64,000 nt of DNA from Octopus sinensis. Taxonomy: Eukaryota. Numbering within the stretch: position 1 is the first letter of the stretch; every line of letters starts with the position of its first letter. A model generated the notes under the pieces. It searched no databases. It was given only the letters and a program-made list of their open reading frames with translations, and was not told where the DNA came from. The DNA lies in assembly GCF_006345805.1 (NCBI RefSeq), contig NC_043015.1:50158001-50222000 (forward strand). The letters run 5' to 3'. Made by a program: the position numbers and the translations under genes. Shown here piece by piece: positions 49,165-62,750 of the stretch.

Positions 49165-51464
49165 AGCAGCACCATCACCACCACCACCACCACCACTGCC
49201 ACTGCAAAGCCATCAACAACACTAAATATACATTTTCTTATATAAAAATTGATTGACCTAGTTGTTTCAACAATGTATTACAAGATAATTACAGAGTCTC
49301 TACTACATGGTCGCTCCATGTGCTAGAAATAGCAGTCAAATCTCCCTCAATATGTATACTCAATCATCCTAAAACGAACAAGAATACATGGAATGATGTA
49401 GTTCCAGATACAGAGAATTCTATGTTTATTTATTCACATTATTTTGAATTTATCAAGCGTAGCTCATAACTTTGAGATTTCGATGATGTAATTGCTCTTT
49501 TACTCTTTGTTTCAGTTATTTGATTGCGGCCATGCTGGAGCACCACCTTTTAGTCAAACACAAAGTGACCCCAGGACTTATTCTTTGTAAGTCTAGTACT
49601 TATTCTATCGGTCTCTTTTGCCAAATCCCTAAGCTACAGGGGTGTAATCACACCAAAATCGGTTGTCACGCGATGTTGGGGGGACAAACACAGACTCACA
49701 CACATGACGGGCTTCTTTCAGTTTCTGTCTACCAAATCCACTCACAAGGCTTTGGTCAACCCGAGGCTATGGTAGAAGACACTTACCCAAGGTGTCATGC
49801 AGTGGGACTGAACCCAGAACCATGCAGTTGGTAAGCAAGCTACTTATCACACAGCCATTCCGGTGCCTATAGCAACTCCTGCACTTAATTGTCTAATTTT
49901 TTTTTTAGAAAGACATTGCAGGGTAGGTGTGAAAGGTCAGATTTGATTGGTTTGGACATAAAACAGTTAAAATATATGAGCTGCATAAACCCAGTTTAAA
50001 CCTTTAGCATTCAGATTATACTGTTAAATCTAAAAAAAAAAAAAGATCCACTTTGGTCATGAATGATCTGACCACCTCTCCTCAAAATTGTTGACTTTGT
50101 GCTTATATCATTATCATCATTACGAGAATGACCATGGGATTGCACCTAGAAAGTTCCCCTCCAAGGTACAAGTCTGGGCAAGGTTGTTTTACAGAAGATC
50201 AGCAGTCACCCATACATACCAGCCTCCCTTTTCCACACCATTATATGTACATGGAGTAACGGGTAAAGACCCCCTTTGGTCCTGAATGACTATGGGATAT
50301 ACCTAGAAAATTCCCCTCTGAGGCACAAGTCTGGACAAAGTTGTTTTGTGGAAGATCAGCAGTTGCCTATGCATGCCGGGATCCCCTCTCCACACCATTA
50401 TATGTACATGGGGTAGAGAGTTATTTCAAGCCTTTGCTTCTCCCTTGGATAACATCAGTGGCATACCAGCCCCTACTCTCCATGCCACCGATGTTCATCA
50501 TCATCATCATCGTTTAATGTCTGCTTTCCATGCTAGCATGGGCTGGACGATTTGACTGAGGACTGGTGAACCAGATGGCTGCACCAGGTTCCAATCTGAT
50601 CTGGCAGAGTTTCTACAGCAGGATGCCCTTCCTAACACCAACCACTCTGAGAGTGTAGTGGGTGCTTTTATGTGCCAATCAAGCAGTACTGGCAATGGCC
50701 ACACTCAAGTGGTGTTTTTTACATGCCACCTGCATAGGGGCCAGTCCAGCGACACTGGCAATGACTTCGCTTGAATGTCCTCGCTCGAATGTTTTTCATG
50801 TGCCACAGGCACAAGTGCCAGTAAGGCAACAATCATGTTTGAATGGTGCTTTTTATGTTATCCAAGGGAAAAGCAAAGGCTAATACAACTTGGTACCAGT
50901 GATGTCACAATTCATTTCTACAGCTGAGGGAACTGGAGCAACATGACATAAAGTGTCTTGCTCAGGGACACAACACACCGCCTGGCCCAGGAATTGAACT
51001 CACTACCTCATGATTGTGAGCCCGATGTTCTAACCACTGAGCCATGTGCCTTCACTCTGTAAATGCTTATTTATTCACAAAGTTTTGAATTAATCATGCA
51101 TTATCTCTTTACTACGAAATTTCAATGATGTGACTGTTCATTTTTGAAGGACATTGTAGGGTAGGTGTGAGAAGCCAGACTGAACCAGTTTGAGTGGAAG
51201 ACATGTAAAATTTATGGTGGGATGGTAGAGTATTGCCAAAGTACATGAGTAGGGAGTAGGGACTTCACATGAATGCAAAGACTGTGGGGTGGGTAATCCA
51301 GTGACTGGTGCTCACCTTGAAATAACTACAGGCCCAGAAGGTTTCTAGAATTTGATTGAAAGTCACACACTTCCCCTGGAACACACTTCTACCTCGGCCA
51401 TAAATAAGTCAGGCCATAATAACACACAGATGTTAATAGTTCTTGTAACAACTCTTAGCCTTTC

Positions 51465-51940
51465 ATCATCATCTTCATCATACTCATCATCATCACCACC
51501 ACTACTACCACCACCACCACCATCAATTCATTCATCACCATCACCACCACATCACCACCATCACCATCACCACTATCAACACATCACCACCACCACCACC
51601 ACCACCACCACCACCATTATCATCATCATCATCTTTACCACCACCACCACCACCATCATTTCCATCATCATCATCATCACCACCACATCACCTCATCACC
51701 ACCACCACGACCATCTCCATCATCACTATCACCACCACATCACCCCCATCACCACCACATCACCACACCACCACAACCACCACCACCACCACCACCATCT
51801 CCATCATCACCATCACCTCCATCATCACCATCACCACCACATCACCCCATCACCCCCATGACAATCACCACAATCAACACCACCACCACCACCACCACCA
51901 CCACCATCATCATCGTTGTTGTCACCGCCACCATCACCAC
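51465..51940. repeat. (CAC)/(CAT) compound microsatellite
   Basis: Directly visible; the poly-His and poly-Thr ORFs are artefacts. Confidence 0.95.
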
Positions 51941-52722
51941 CCTAATCACTTAATATCTGTTTTCCACACTGGCATGAGTCGGATGGTTCGACAGAAGTCG
52001 GCCAGCTAGAGGACTGTGCCCAGCTCCGATGTCAGCTTTGGTACAGTAACACCAACTGTTTAACAGAATGTACCAGATTTTCTTCACGTAGATGCCTTAA
52101 CGGAAACATACTAAGTTCTGATTCTAGAACAATGAATTAGTCCCCGGGCTATGATAACTACTTATAGTAAAGTAGACTGGACCATTTGCGATATAACTTC
52201 CATGTTCTTGGAGACAAGGAGGATGTTGGAACCATGAATCTTTCAATCATTGTCCACAACATTTAATCTACTTATAATGAAAAATATTAACAAATACAAT
52301 AAAATACAAGATAAGAAACAGAGAACTGAGAAAGGAAATGGTTTCTTTTTAGAGGTAGGATTGTAAAATAATGACCAACAGAGAACTGTAAAAAGAAATG
52401 GTCTTTTTAGAAGTAGGATTGTAGAATAATGACCATTCTTATAGTTAAGAAATAATCGATTAGCTTGGCCGCTATTCTGAGAAAATTACAATTAAGATAT
52501 TTCTTTTTTAATGATAGGTAGAAAGAATAGAAAAATACAGTAAATAATGTGATAAATGAAATCATATTATGAGACAAAAGAGAAGAACAGTGTTTTTCAC
52601 TATTTTCCTTTGGGATAATGGAATCTCTGATTTTCTCTATATGAGTGTGTGTGTGATGGTGGGGTATATACATACACACATACACACACACACGTATATA
52701 AATGTGTGTGTATGTGTATATG

Positions 52723-52778
<56 letters not shown>

Positions 52779-53291
52779 ATGTGATCACTGTGACCGACCA
52801 GGCTATCAGATGTTGCTACACATCGCTGGTCACAATGTGCTTCGCATTGTTTTAGCTTCCAAATGCCACCACCCTGCTGGCTAAGCAAGCAGGCGAACAG
52901 AAGAAAGAGTGAGAGAAAGTTGTGGTGAAATAGTACAGCAAGGATCGCCACCACCCGCTGCCAGAGCCTCATGGAGCTTTAGGTGTTTTTGCTCAATAAA
53001 CACTCACAATGCCTGGTCTGGGAATCGAAACCGTGATCCTACAACCATGGGTCCGCTGTCCTAACCACTGGGCCATTACACCTCCACACACCTCCACACA
53101 CACACACACACACCAACACACATATATATCAGCCCGTCATATTCCCGTGTCAGGCCGAAGAACGAAATGTTCCCAAGATAAGAGAGTCTTTCTAATCTAA
53201 TGTTGTGGTTGAGCTGTTATTATTTATTTATTATTATTACTATTATTATTAGTATTAGTATTGTCCCTTTGATCCTCGGTCGAAAATTTGC

Positions 53292-53325
<34 letters not shown>

Positions 53326-54224
53326 TTTCAGCTTCGCCTCGTATTGCATATTATTTCTCCATACAGGGGTTTTTGTCAATGGCGGCCCATTTCCGCGGGG
53401 TTCCACTATTTCCCTTCTCTCTCTCTCTCTCTCCCTCTTTTACGCTGTCTGCCATCCCCCCCTCTTCCTTTGCTAAGAGCATTTTAAAGCCAGCCTGTCA
53501 TATTCCCGGTGCACCCGCCCTTGCCCACCCCCACCACCAATACCGGATATCTCTATATTTTTGCTCCATCTATACCGGATGTCGCTTCTCCCACCACCAT
53601 TATAGGTGTCTACTCTTCGAACCCCCCTCTTCAATACGCTATTTCACCATGCATTACCCCTCTCTTGATATCCTACGTTCTACTTGCCTAGAACCTGTCA
53701 TCATTTCTCTGAACCACCCCTCCCCACTGGTGCTCCCCTATATTTCTGCCCCCCCCCCACATAAAAAGCACCATCCGAACGTGGCCGATGCCAGACCCCT
53801 CTGGCACCTGTGCAGGTGGCACGTAAAAAACACCCACTACACTTGCGGAGTGGTTGGCGTTAGGAAGGGCATCCAGCTGTAGAAACACTGCCAGACTAGA
53901 CTGGAGCCTGGGGCAGTCCCTAGCTCCCCAGACCCCGGTCGAAACCGTTCAACCCGTGCTAGCGCGGAAAACGGACGTTAAACGATGATGATGATGATGA
54001 TGATGATATACACATATATATACATATATATACATATATATACATATATATTCATATATACATGCATATACATATACCACACACACACACACACATTTAT
54101 ACACACACACACGCACACATATCTATAAAATTAATATAGACAGCAGTGTGCAATGTTTTACCAAAAAGGAAAAACTATAATTGTCCCTAACTATAACTGG
54201 GGAGTTATATATATTAATATATGC

Positions 54225-54263
<39 letters not shown>

Positions 54264-55340
54264 TTTGGAGATGATATACAGGTATTTTATATTAGAAGAA
54301 ATGAGGTACTCACAAATTCGGATGGTTTTATATATATATATGTTTGTGTGTCTGTGTTTGTCCCCACCAACATCGCTTGACAACCGATGCTGGTGTGTTT
54401 AAGTCCCCGTCACTTAGCAGTTCGGCAAAATAGATCGATAGGATAAGTATTAGGCTTACAAAGAATAAGTCCGGGAGTCAATTTGCTCAACTAAAGGCGG
54501 TGCCCCAGCATGGCCGCAGTCAAATAACTGAAATGACTGAAACAAATAAAAGAATAAAAGAATATGTATACACACACACACACACATGCACAAACATACA
54601 CAAATATACATACATACATATATGTATGTATGTATGTATCATGGATCTCTTCCTAAAAATTTGTGCTTTCAAAAGAGAAAGAAAACAATTGACAGAACTA
54701 ATGGTTCTTAGCGCTGTCACTAAAACATTGATGATTGCCAATATTTTATTAGTATTTTTATTGGTTGATAGCCCAGTCAATAAAATATTGGTAATAGCTT
54801 AATTTCAGGTCTATATTTACATGTGATCAGATTGCTTTATTGGGTAGACACACATGGTTAATTCTTTCGGATATTGCTTAGGGAGAAAATAACCTTTAAA
54901 TGGACAGTTGTATGTTATAGATATTTTTTTTTTAATTTGCTTGTTTCAGTCACTGGACCGTGGCCATGCTGGGGCATTGTCTTGGAGAGTTTTGTCTCAG
55001 ATTAACTCCGGTACGTGGATGTTTGTCTTTCTTTTGTTGTTGTGTTTTGTTTATTTTATTGATCTCTATTTGATGAACTGTAAACTTACAAGGCATAAAT
55101 GATGGGTGCCAGTTTTCAAGTTGTGCTGACGTAAAAGCAGACAAAAGGAAAGCTACATATACACATACACACAAATACACACACACACACACACACACAC
55201 ACATGCACACACACCGAACTGTAAAAATTGTAAAACATTCCAGAAGTTTTATCATTCAAGCATATAAGAGCATGTCTAGACATGCAACTATATGCATTAG
55301 AATACATACATAAAACAAACGTACAAATCTGTGCACACAT

Positions 55341-55373
<33 letters not shown>

Positions 55374-55818
55374 TACATACATGCATACATACATACATAC
55401 ATACATACATCATCATCGTCATCATCATCGTTTAACGTATGCTTCTATGCATGGGTTGGACGATTTGACTGTGGACTGGCAAACCAGATGGTTTAGTGTT
55501 TAGGGTATACGGCTCATGATTGTAAGGTCATGTGTTCAATTCCTGGTGACGCGTTATGTCCTTGAGCAAGACACTTTATTTTACACTGCTCCAGTCCACT
55601 CAGCTGGCAAAAATGAGTTGTACCAGCAATTCAAAGGGGCCGGCTTTGTCACACTTTATGTCGCACTGAATCTCCCTGAAAACTACGTGTCTGTGGAGTA
55701 CTCACCCACTTGCATGTTAATTTCATGAACAAACTGTTCCATTGATTGTATCAGCTGGGACCCTCGTCTTCGTAACCGATGGAGTGCTCCTATATAGACA
55801 TATATACATACATATATG

Positions 55819-55852
<34 letters not shown>

Positions 55853-56576
55853 TATGTATATCCATAAACATTCTCAGTCCAGTCTATATGATGGCAATGG
55901 CTATGGTGATGATGATGATGATGATGATGAAAACATTGTTAGTTCCAAACTGGTGCCAGAGTTCTGGTCTTAAAAAGTATTTCATCATCATCATCATCAT
56001 CATCGTTTAATGTCCGCTTTCCATGCTAACATGGGTTGGACGATTTTGACTGAGGGCTGGCAAACTAGATGGTTGCACCAGTCTCCAATCTTGATTTGGC
56101 AGAGTTTCTACAGCTGGATGCCCTTCCTAACACCAACCACTCCGAGGGTGTAGTGGGTGCTTTTTACATGCCACCGGCACGGGGGCTAGTCAGGCAGTAC
56201 TGGCAATGACCTCACTCGAATCCTTTTACACCAGCACAGGTGCCAGTAAGGCGACGTTGGTAACGATCACGCTTGAATGGTGCCCTTTTATGTGGTGCCA
56301 TGGGCACAGAAGCCAGTTGGCTGCTCTGGCAACGATCACAGTCGGATGGTGCTCTTGGCACCCTACTAGCACAAGCATAAGTGCCAGTAAGGCAATGCTG
56401 GTAACGATCACGCTCGAATGGTGCCCTTTAAATGCCACTGGCACGGAAGCCAGTTAGCTGCTCTGTCAATGATCACACTCGTATGGTGCTCTTTGCACCC
56501 TGCCTGCATGGACGCCAGTCATCGAATTTGATTTTGCTTTTGATTGATTTGATTTGTATAAAACAGTTACTGCTGT

Positions 56577-57075
56577 ACAGTTCTATATTTAAGAGATGAG
56601 GAATTATGTATATTATTTACATTATTTACATTTGACGGATGTTTGTCCTCATCTTGTTTGTTGTTAACACAGTGTTTCTGCTGATATTCCCTGCAAGCCT
56701 TCATCAGGTGTCTTGGGGAAATTTCAAATCTGGGTACTCATTCCTAAGGTATTTTTCGATGTTATTATTATTATTATTATGGCATAGTGGTTAAGAGTGC
56801 AGGCTACTAACCCCAGGATTCTGAGTTCGATTCCAAGCAGTGACCTGAACAACAACAACAACAAAAACAACAACAACAACAAAAACAACAACAACAAAAA
56901 CAACAACAACAACAACAATAACAACAACATTGAAAAATACCTTAGCAATGAGAACCCAGGTTCAAAATTTCCGCAAGACACCTGATGATGGCTGGAGGGT
57001 ATATCAGCCGAAACACTGTGTTAACAATAAACAAGATGAGGACAAATATCTGTCAAATGTAAATAATGTAAATAA
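56577..57075. mobile_element. tRNA-headed element with hammerhead-like tail plus an upstream inverted copy of the tail
   Basis: Plus copy: GGCATAGTGGTTAAGAG...GAGTTCGATTCC head (56781), (AAC)n, then a tail with CTGATGA...GAAA (56977-57022). Minus copy of the tail at 56577-56770 with the motif at 56666-56712. Confidence 0.7.
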
Positions 57076-57489
57076 GTTACTGCTGTGTTTCATCAATTCA
57101 TTACTTTAAACAGCAGCAATATTGTAAAACAGTCAAATGTTTCATGAACTTATGGTACTGGGTTCAAATATCTTGGTAAAAGGGAGAATCCAAGAGGCTG
57201 CTTTGCTTCAGATACACCACTTAATAATGTTATGGTTGTTAAGCCGCAGCATAGCCAAGATCCAGCAGATCTATGCTGAAAGACTTTCCAGTTGTGGCTA
57301 TCCCAACTTTTGCTTTTTTAAGATATTGTGTATCTGAGACTACATTATACAATTTATCCTTTCCTTCTTAAATTGTATAATGAGATTTGTGGGAGATTTG
57401 GCTGTTATTTCTAGAATATTGAATGCTCATTTAAATCAGTTGTTCTCAACCATTTTTTTTGTTTTGTTTTACCTGCAGATCTCGTTGGT

Positions 57490-57975
57490 TCCTTTCTTTA
57501 ATCAGGTGGACCCCCATAACCCTGTAGTGACACAAGCAGTCAGTGCCATATTGGATGAGATCTTGCGGCAGCAATTGCCATCTCCGAGACTGGAGCGAGA
57601 CCTCACCTGCATCCATTTGCCATGTGCAAGATCACAAAGAGGTTTGTGATGGCAAACTGTATATAAGGGCAAAACAGAAACAGATTCATACTTTTTCTCT
57701 CCGTTTCTACACAGCAGCGCTTGCTGAGCACACTTCACTGGCTGGGCCTGTCTGCATGTTGTACCTCCAGAGGCAATGTGCCCGCACTAATGGAGATGCA
57801 ACACCACGCACACAGCTTGAGATGGTTGCTGAGAGCAACGCATTTCACCTGTTCTGTGAAACTAGCATAGAAACCGGTTGTAAATTGCATTTGTACTTGA
57901 AGACTTCTTTCTTCGCCTGCTGGAGCCTGAACTACACAAAGAACAAGATATAATGGGAGAAGGCAATATTCTTCC
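57490..57975 (+). mobile_element. Probable ancient RTE-like RT C-terminal relic (alternative: unrecognised exons)
   Basis: Weak collinear matches across frames (NQVD, SAILDEILR, TVYK, YIRAKQKQIHTFSLR, LHWLG(H)VCM, LKTSF, WEK) to RTE C-terminal motifs. Judged by eye only. Confidence 0.4.
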
Positions 57976-58989
57976 AATATCGTAAACCTTGCCTTCCATT
58001 ATAACCCTTTTGTGTTTTAAAAAAATCCTATATTTTTATAATAAAATATTGTTAGGAATTCATCGTCATCATCATCATCACCACCACCACCGCCACCACA
58101 ATTTTACTTGGTTTGACACATCTTCTAATGTACAGCAAATTGCCACAACTCCTGGTCAATTGTTGTTTCCTCAGTGAGGCCCAACGTCCGAAAACCCTTT
58201 CTCACCACTTTGTCCCATGTCTTCCTGGGTTCACCTCTTCCACAGGTTCCCTCTAAAATTAGAGCTCAAATTGTATCAAAAACTTATTTTTTCCTTTTTT
58301 CTTTTATTTGTTTCAGTCATTTGACTGTGGCCATGCTGGAGCACTGCTTTCAGTCAAACAAATCGATCCTAGAACTTATTATTTGTAAGCCTAGTTCTTA
58401 TTCAATTGGTCTCTTTTGCCAAACCACTAAGTTACGGGGACATAAACACACCAACATTGGTTCTCAAGTGATGATGGTGGGAGACAAACACAGACATACA
58501 AACATATACATTTATGCACATGTTTGAAAGGTGGCAAGGTGGCAGAAACGTTAGCACGCCAGGTGAAATGCTTAGTGTTATTTCGTTTGCTGTGTTCTGA
58601 GTTCAAATTCTGCCAACGTCAACTTTGCCTTTCATCCTTTCGGGATCGATTAAATGAGTACCAGTTATGCACTGGGGTTGATATAATCGACTTAATCCGT
58701 TCGTCCTTGTTTGTCCCCTCTGTGTGTAGCCCCTTGTGGGCAGTAAAGAAATAACAAACATATACATTTATATACATACGATGGACTTCTTTCAGTTTCT
58801 GTCCACTGAATCCACTCACAAGGCTTTGGTTGGCCTGAGGCTATAGTCGAAAACACTTGCCCAAGGTGCCAGGTAGTGGGATTGAACACAGAACCATGTA
58901 ATTGGGAAGCAAATTATTAACACATAAGAATCACAGTTGGTTTACCTGGTTTCCATGGTACATAAGTGACAATACCTAGCCACGCCTTA

Positions 58990-59445
58990 CTTCCCTGGGC
59001 ATGGACACATTGAAACTCCGACATCTGGCAGCTGACTTGGCAGACAACCATAAAATTATTAACCATCTTACAAACAATAACTCTGAGCACCTTTTCAAAC
59101 TCCACCTGTCTAACACCCGTGGGTATATTTACAAAGTCAGAATACAGCACAGCTCCCATGACTTTAGGAAACATTTTTTCACGCTGAGAGTTGCTGAAGC
59201 ATGGAACAAACTGCCGGCATCAGTTGTTAGTTGTCGGAGCACTGCATCCTTCAAAACTTCCATGCTTTCTGAGATTCGCCAACACTACACCTGATTTTCT
59301 CCCCTCCATACACATGCAAGCATGTATCTGACTCATACATTGTTCGCTTTCCAGACATTTGTACATTACTGCATACACTTTATACACACTTTCTGACAAG
59401 TTGTGGTGCACCTGAGCACTGTATACAATAATTTCATTATTATTT
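58990..59445 (+). mobile_element. CR1/L2-group LINE 3' end
   Basis: Translates TLKLRHLAADLADNHKII...SNTRGYIYKVRIQHSSHDFRKHFFTLRVAEAWNKLPASVVSCRSTASFK, showing the TRG...FF..RV...WN.LP..VV...S...FK signature; it ends in TTATTATT. Confidence 0.88.
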
Positions 59446-60099
59446 ATATGACCTCCATACCTTGAGGGTATGCCCTGCCACTTGCCACCATTTATCTCTT
59501 TCTTCCCTTACCATCCCATTTATATTCTGATCCCTGTCCATTGTGAGCCTGCCCTGGCACTTCACCACTATCTCTCTCCAGCTCTCTTTTGCATTCTTGC
59601 TGTCTCCCGCGTTCTCTCTCCTCTTTCTATTGCTCTTCCCTCAGGCTGGATAGCTATGTGTCCCCTTTAGAGTGACACACCCGTTTCTTTCCTCATTCCC
59701 GATCACCATCTCTCTCTCTGGCCAGGTAACCATTTATCTCCTCTACAGCAAGACACCTGTTCTGCCTCTCTGTCACACTCTAACCTTTCATCATCTGACA
59801 CAAGATCACCTCCTCCAGTTTAATCAGAGCTGACAAGCCAGAGAGCTGCCTCAGGTTCCATTCTGATTTGGCATGATTTCTACGGCTGGATGCCCTTCAT
59901 AATGCCAACCACTTTACAGGGTGTGACACTAGCACAGGACCATTGCAGACCAATCCCTTCTCCAGGGGGAGTGGCCTTAATACTTCTGCTGTGGAGTACA
60001 AGGCCTTTTTGAGTGCTGAAAAGGGCCAGGTATCTTGGCCCTTTATCAGCTCATCTAAAGGTTCAGTGTCCTGAGGTTGTCCTACAGTACTTTATCCCA

Positions 60100-60493
60100 T
60101 AGCAGAAGTCAAATTTTAAAGACATATAAAATGTAATAGTGACATAGTGGAAGTTATATTTTAAGACAAATGTAAGATGTAATAAATTATGAAGCAGAAG
60201 TTATATTTTAAGACGTTGTAATTGTTATATAGCAAAAGTCATAATTTGAGACATATGTGACTCATAATAGCTCTGTGTAAAAGGCATATTTTAAGACGTA
60301 TATAAGATGTAATAGTTATCTTTCAGATGTTATATTTTAAGACATTTGTAAGATGTCATAATAGTTATATCACAGAAATAATATTTTAAGATATATTACA
60401 TGCAATATTAATATTTTAAGACATAAATATATAAATATATATATATCTATGTCTTAAAATATTACTTTCGCTTTATATATATATATATATATA

Positions 60494-60566
<73 letters not shown>

Positions 60567-60760
60567 CTGTAATAGTTATGTAACGAAAGTAACATTTTAA
60601 GACAAATGTAAGAAGTCGTAATAGCCGTGGAGCAGAAGTCATATTTTAAAGACATATGTTAGACGTAATGTAATAGTTATGTAGCAGAAGTTATATGTAA
60701 TAAATACATATCGGAAGTCGTACTTTAAGACCTACGTAAGATGTCGTAATAGTCACATCT
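60100..60760. repeat. Degenerate minisatellite with about 46-bp unit, interrupted by (TA)n
   Basis: About 11 recurrences of GCAGAAGTTATATTTTAAGACATATGTAAGATGTAATAGTTAT-like units. Confidence 0.75.
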
Positions 60761-61084
60761 AGCGGATGTTGTATATCTATATTTGTGTGCGGAAGTTTAC
60801 TCCTACCAAGGGCAGATAATTCAATTGACCCAGCTGATGTGAGAAGCTTAGTTGGCTGCTTCACGCTTGTTCTACACAAGCTTGGCAGGGTCTCGAATAA
60901 TTCATAATTACATATATATATATATTTCGGGGATTAAAACAGGAAAAGGAAAAGGGGTCCTGGAAATATATACCGGCGTCTGTTATCGTTTTCACTTCTT
61001 ACCTTCTCGTCAAGTTTTCCTTTTTTAACGAAGATCACACCCTATTTTTCTATCCTTCTGCTTTCCACGAAAACAAGGTACCGA

Positions 61085-61133
<49 letters not shown>

Positions 61134-61962
61134 GTATCGGTCGTGGTCAGTATTGTGAAATATTGTCAGTATAAAATATCAGTCAAGGGAGGAGAATGGA
61201 GAACAGAGTTTTTGGTCGAGAGAATCTCTCTTAAAAGGGTAAAGGTTGTCGTCTTATCCCACTTGTAGTAGTGGGAACGGTGATGTAATTTCTTTAAAAA
61301 AAAGGACGAGAAAGGATTAAAAAAAAAGACCCTTCGTTGTTAAGTTCTCTATCGGAAAAAAAACGAAAGAAAAAGAAAAACAAGAACCGTTGATAGATTC
61401 ACAGTCAAGGTGACAACCAGACTGGAAACTGAATGGAAAAAAGTCTCCTTTTTATTTCAGTTCGGAGCAAAATCGAGAGACAAAAAAAACAGACTTTCCC
61501 CCTCAATGGTTAATTTTCCTCGTCAACAGAAGAACCTGAATTAATATTATATATAAATATATATATATAAAGCTTCCTAAGAACAATTTTTCAATTGTTC
61601 TAACTTTATATTTATCTCCAAGATTGACTGACGAAATATCCAGGTGGGATATCTGATGAAACAACTGTCACACCAGCTGTATAGTTTGAATGAGAAAATT
61701 TAAATTTACTCTTCATTGAATCGCAGTATACAGTGGAACGAAATCAAAACGTTTAATTAAATATAATTAATTAATTAATTTTTATTTAAAATTCCACAAA
61801 AAAAAAAAAAAAACATCCGTGATTGTCTGAAAGAGTTGAAATTTTACTGAAAGAATTATTTTTGTGAGACGTTTGTCTCTGTTACCAGCTACACCGTAAT
61901 TTCATCGCTTATTTTTGCTTCTTCGTATCTCGTGGTGTTTTCTCTTCCCAATTATTTCCACA

Positions 61963-62034
61963 ATGCAGAGTATGATAAATGCTGTAAAGGGGACGGCCCT
62001 TGGAGTTGCAGGATACCTGACACCTGTTCTAAAG
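61963..62034 (+). CDS. ATG3: Autophagy-related protein 3 (E2-like conjugating enzyme), first coding exon
   Basis: ATG in a CACA-ATG context and donor AAG|GTAAGA. Translates MQSMINAVKGTALGVAGYLTPVLK, closely matching the metazoan ATG3 N-terminus (human [24 protein letters not shown]). The next exon (ESKF..TG) was not found before the window end. Confidence 0.95.
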
Positions 62035-62063
62035 GTAAGATAACACAATATATATTGCTACTC

Positions 62064-62097
<34 letters not shown>

Positions 62098-62750
62098 GTA
62101 ATAAATTTCCATTTATCTTGATAGATTTCTTCTTTAATTGATATCATCTGTTGTTAATATTAATTTATTATCAATATTTAAAAAGATCTGACTGATTATC
62201 CCCCAGTAAATATTCTTGCATCGAAGTGAATATTTTATTGGTTGTTTCTGTAGAATTTTAAGGTTCGCCTTTTTTTCCCAGCCAACGTGGCAAGAACCAC
62301 AGAGCGAAAACCATTTTAGAAGTGATGATGGTTAATTATATAATTTTGGTGAAGATAATTTGGGATTTCTCTCATCTTAGTCAACTTGTAGCTTTCAGGG
62401 CCAGTTTTGACATCTAATGATGTCTGAAATTATTCTGATATCAACAGTTAACTGTTATCGGAAACCTTTTCCCGGAGTCTGTCTACTGACATTCTTCACC
62501 TGACGTTGTAACAACCCTGAACGAATCCAGGAAATATAAATCAGACAGAAGAAAAAAAACAAATCACTAGAAAAAGTTAGAACACAACCACACATATGTT
62601 CGTGTGTACATATGTGTCTATATATATATGTTATATATATATATATATTGGTAAAAACGGTAAGATAACAAAAGAAAGAAAGAGACCTCAATATTATGTA
62701 AATAGAGGAAATTTATCTATAAAATAATATGTTACATTACTCAATAGTCA

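Noticed and set aside
61625-61680. CTGACGA...GAAA CAACTG TC hammerhead-like string upstream of ATG3
   Set aside because: There is no helix I partner, and extra nucleotides lie between helix II and GAAA.
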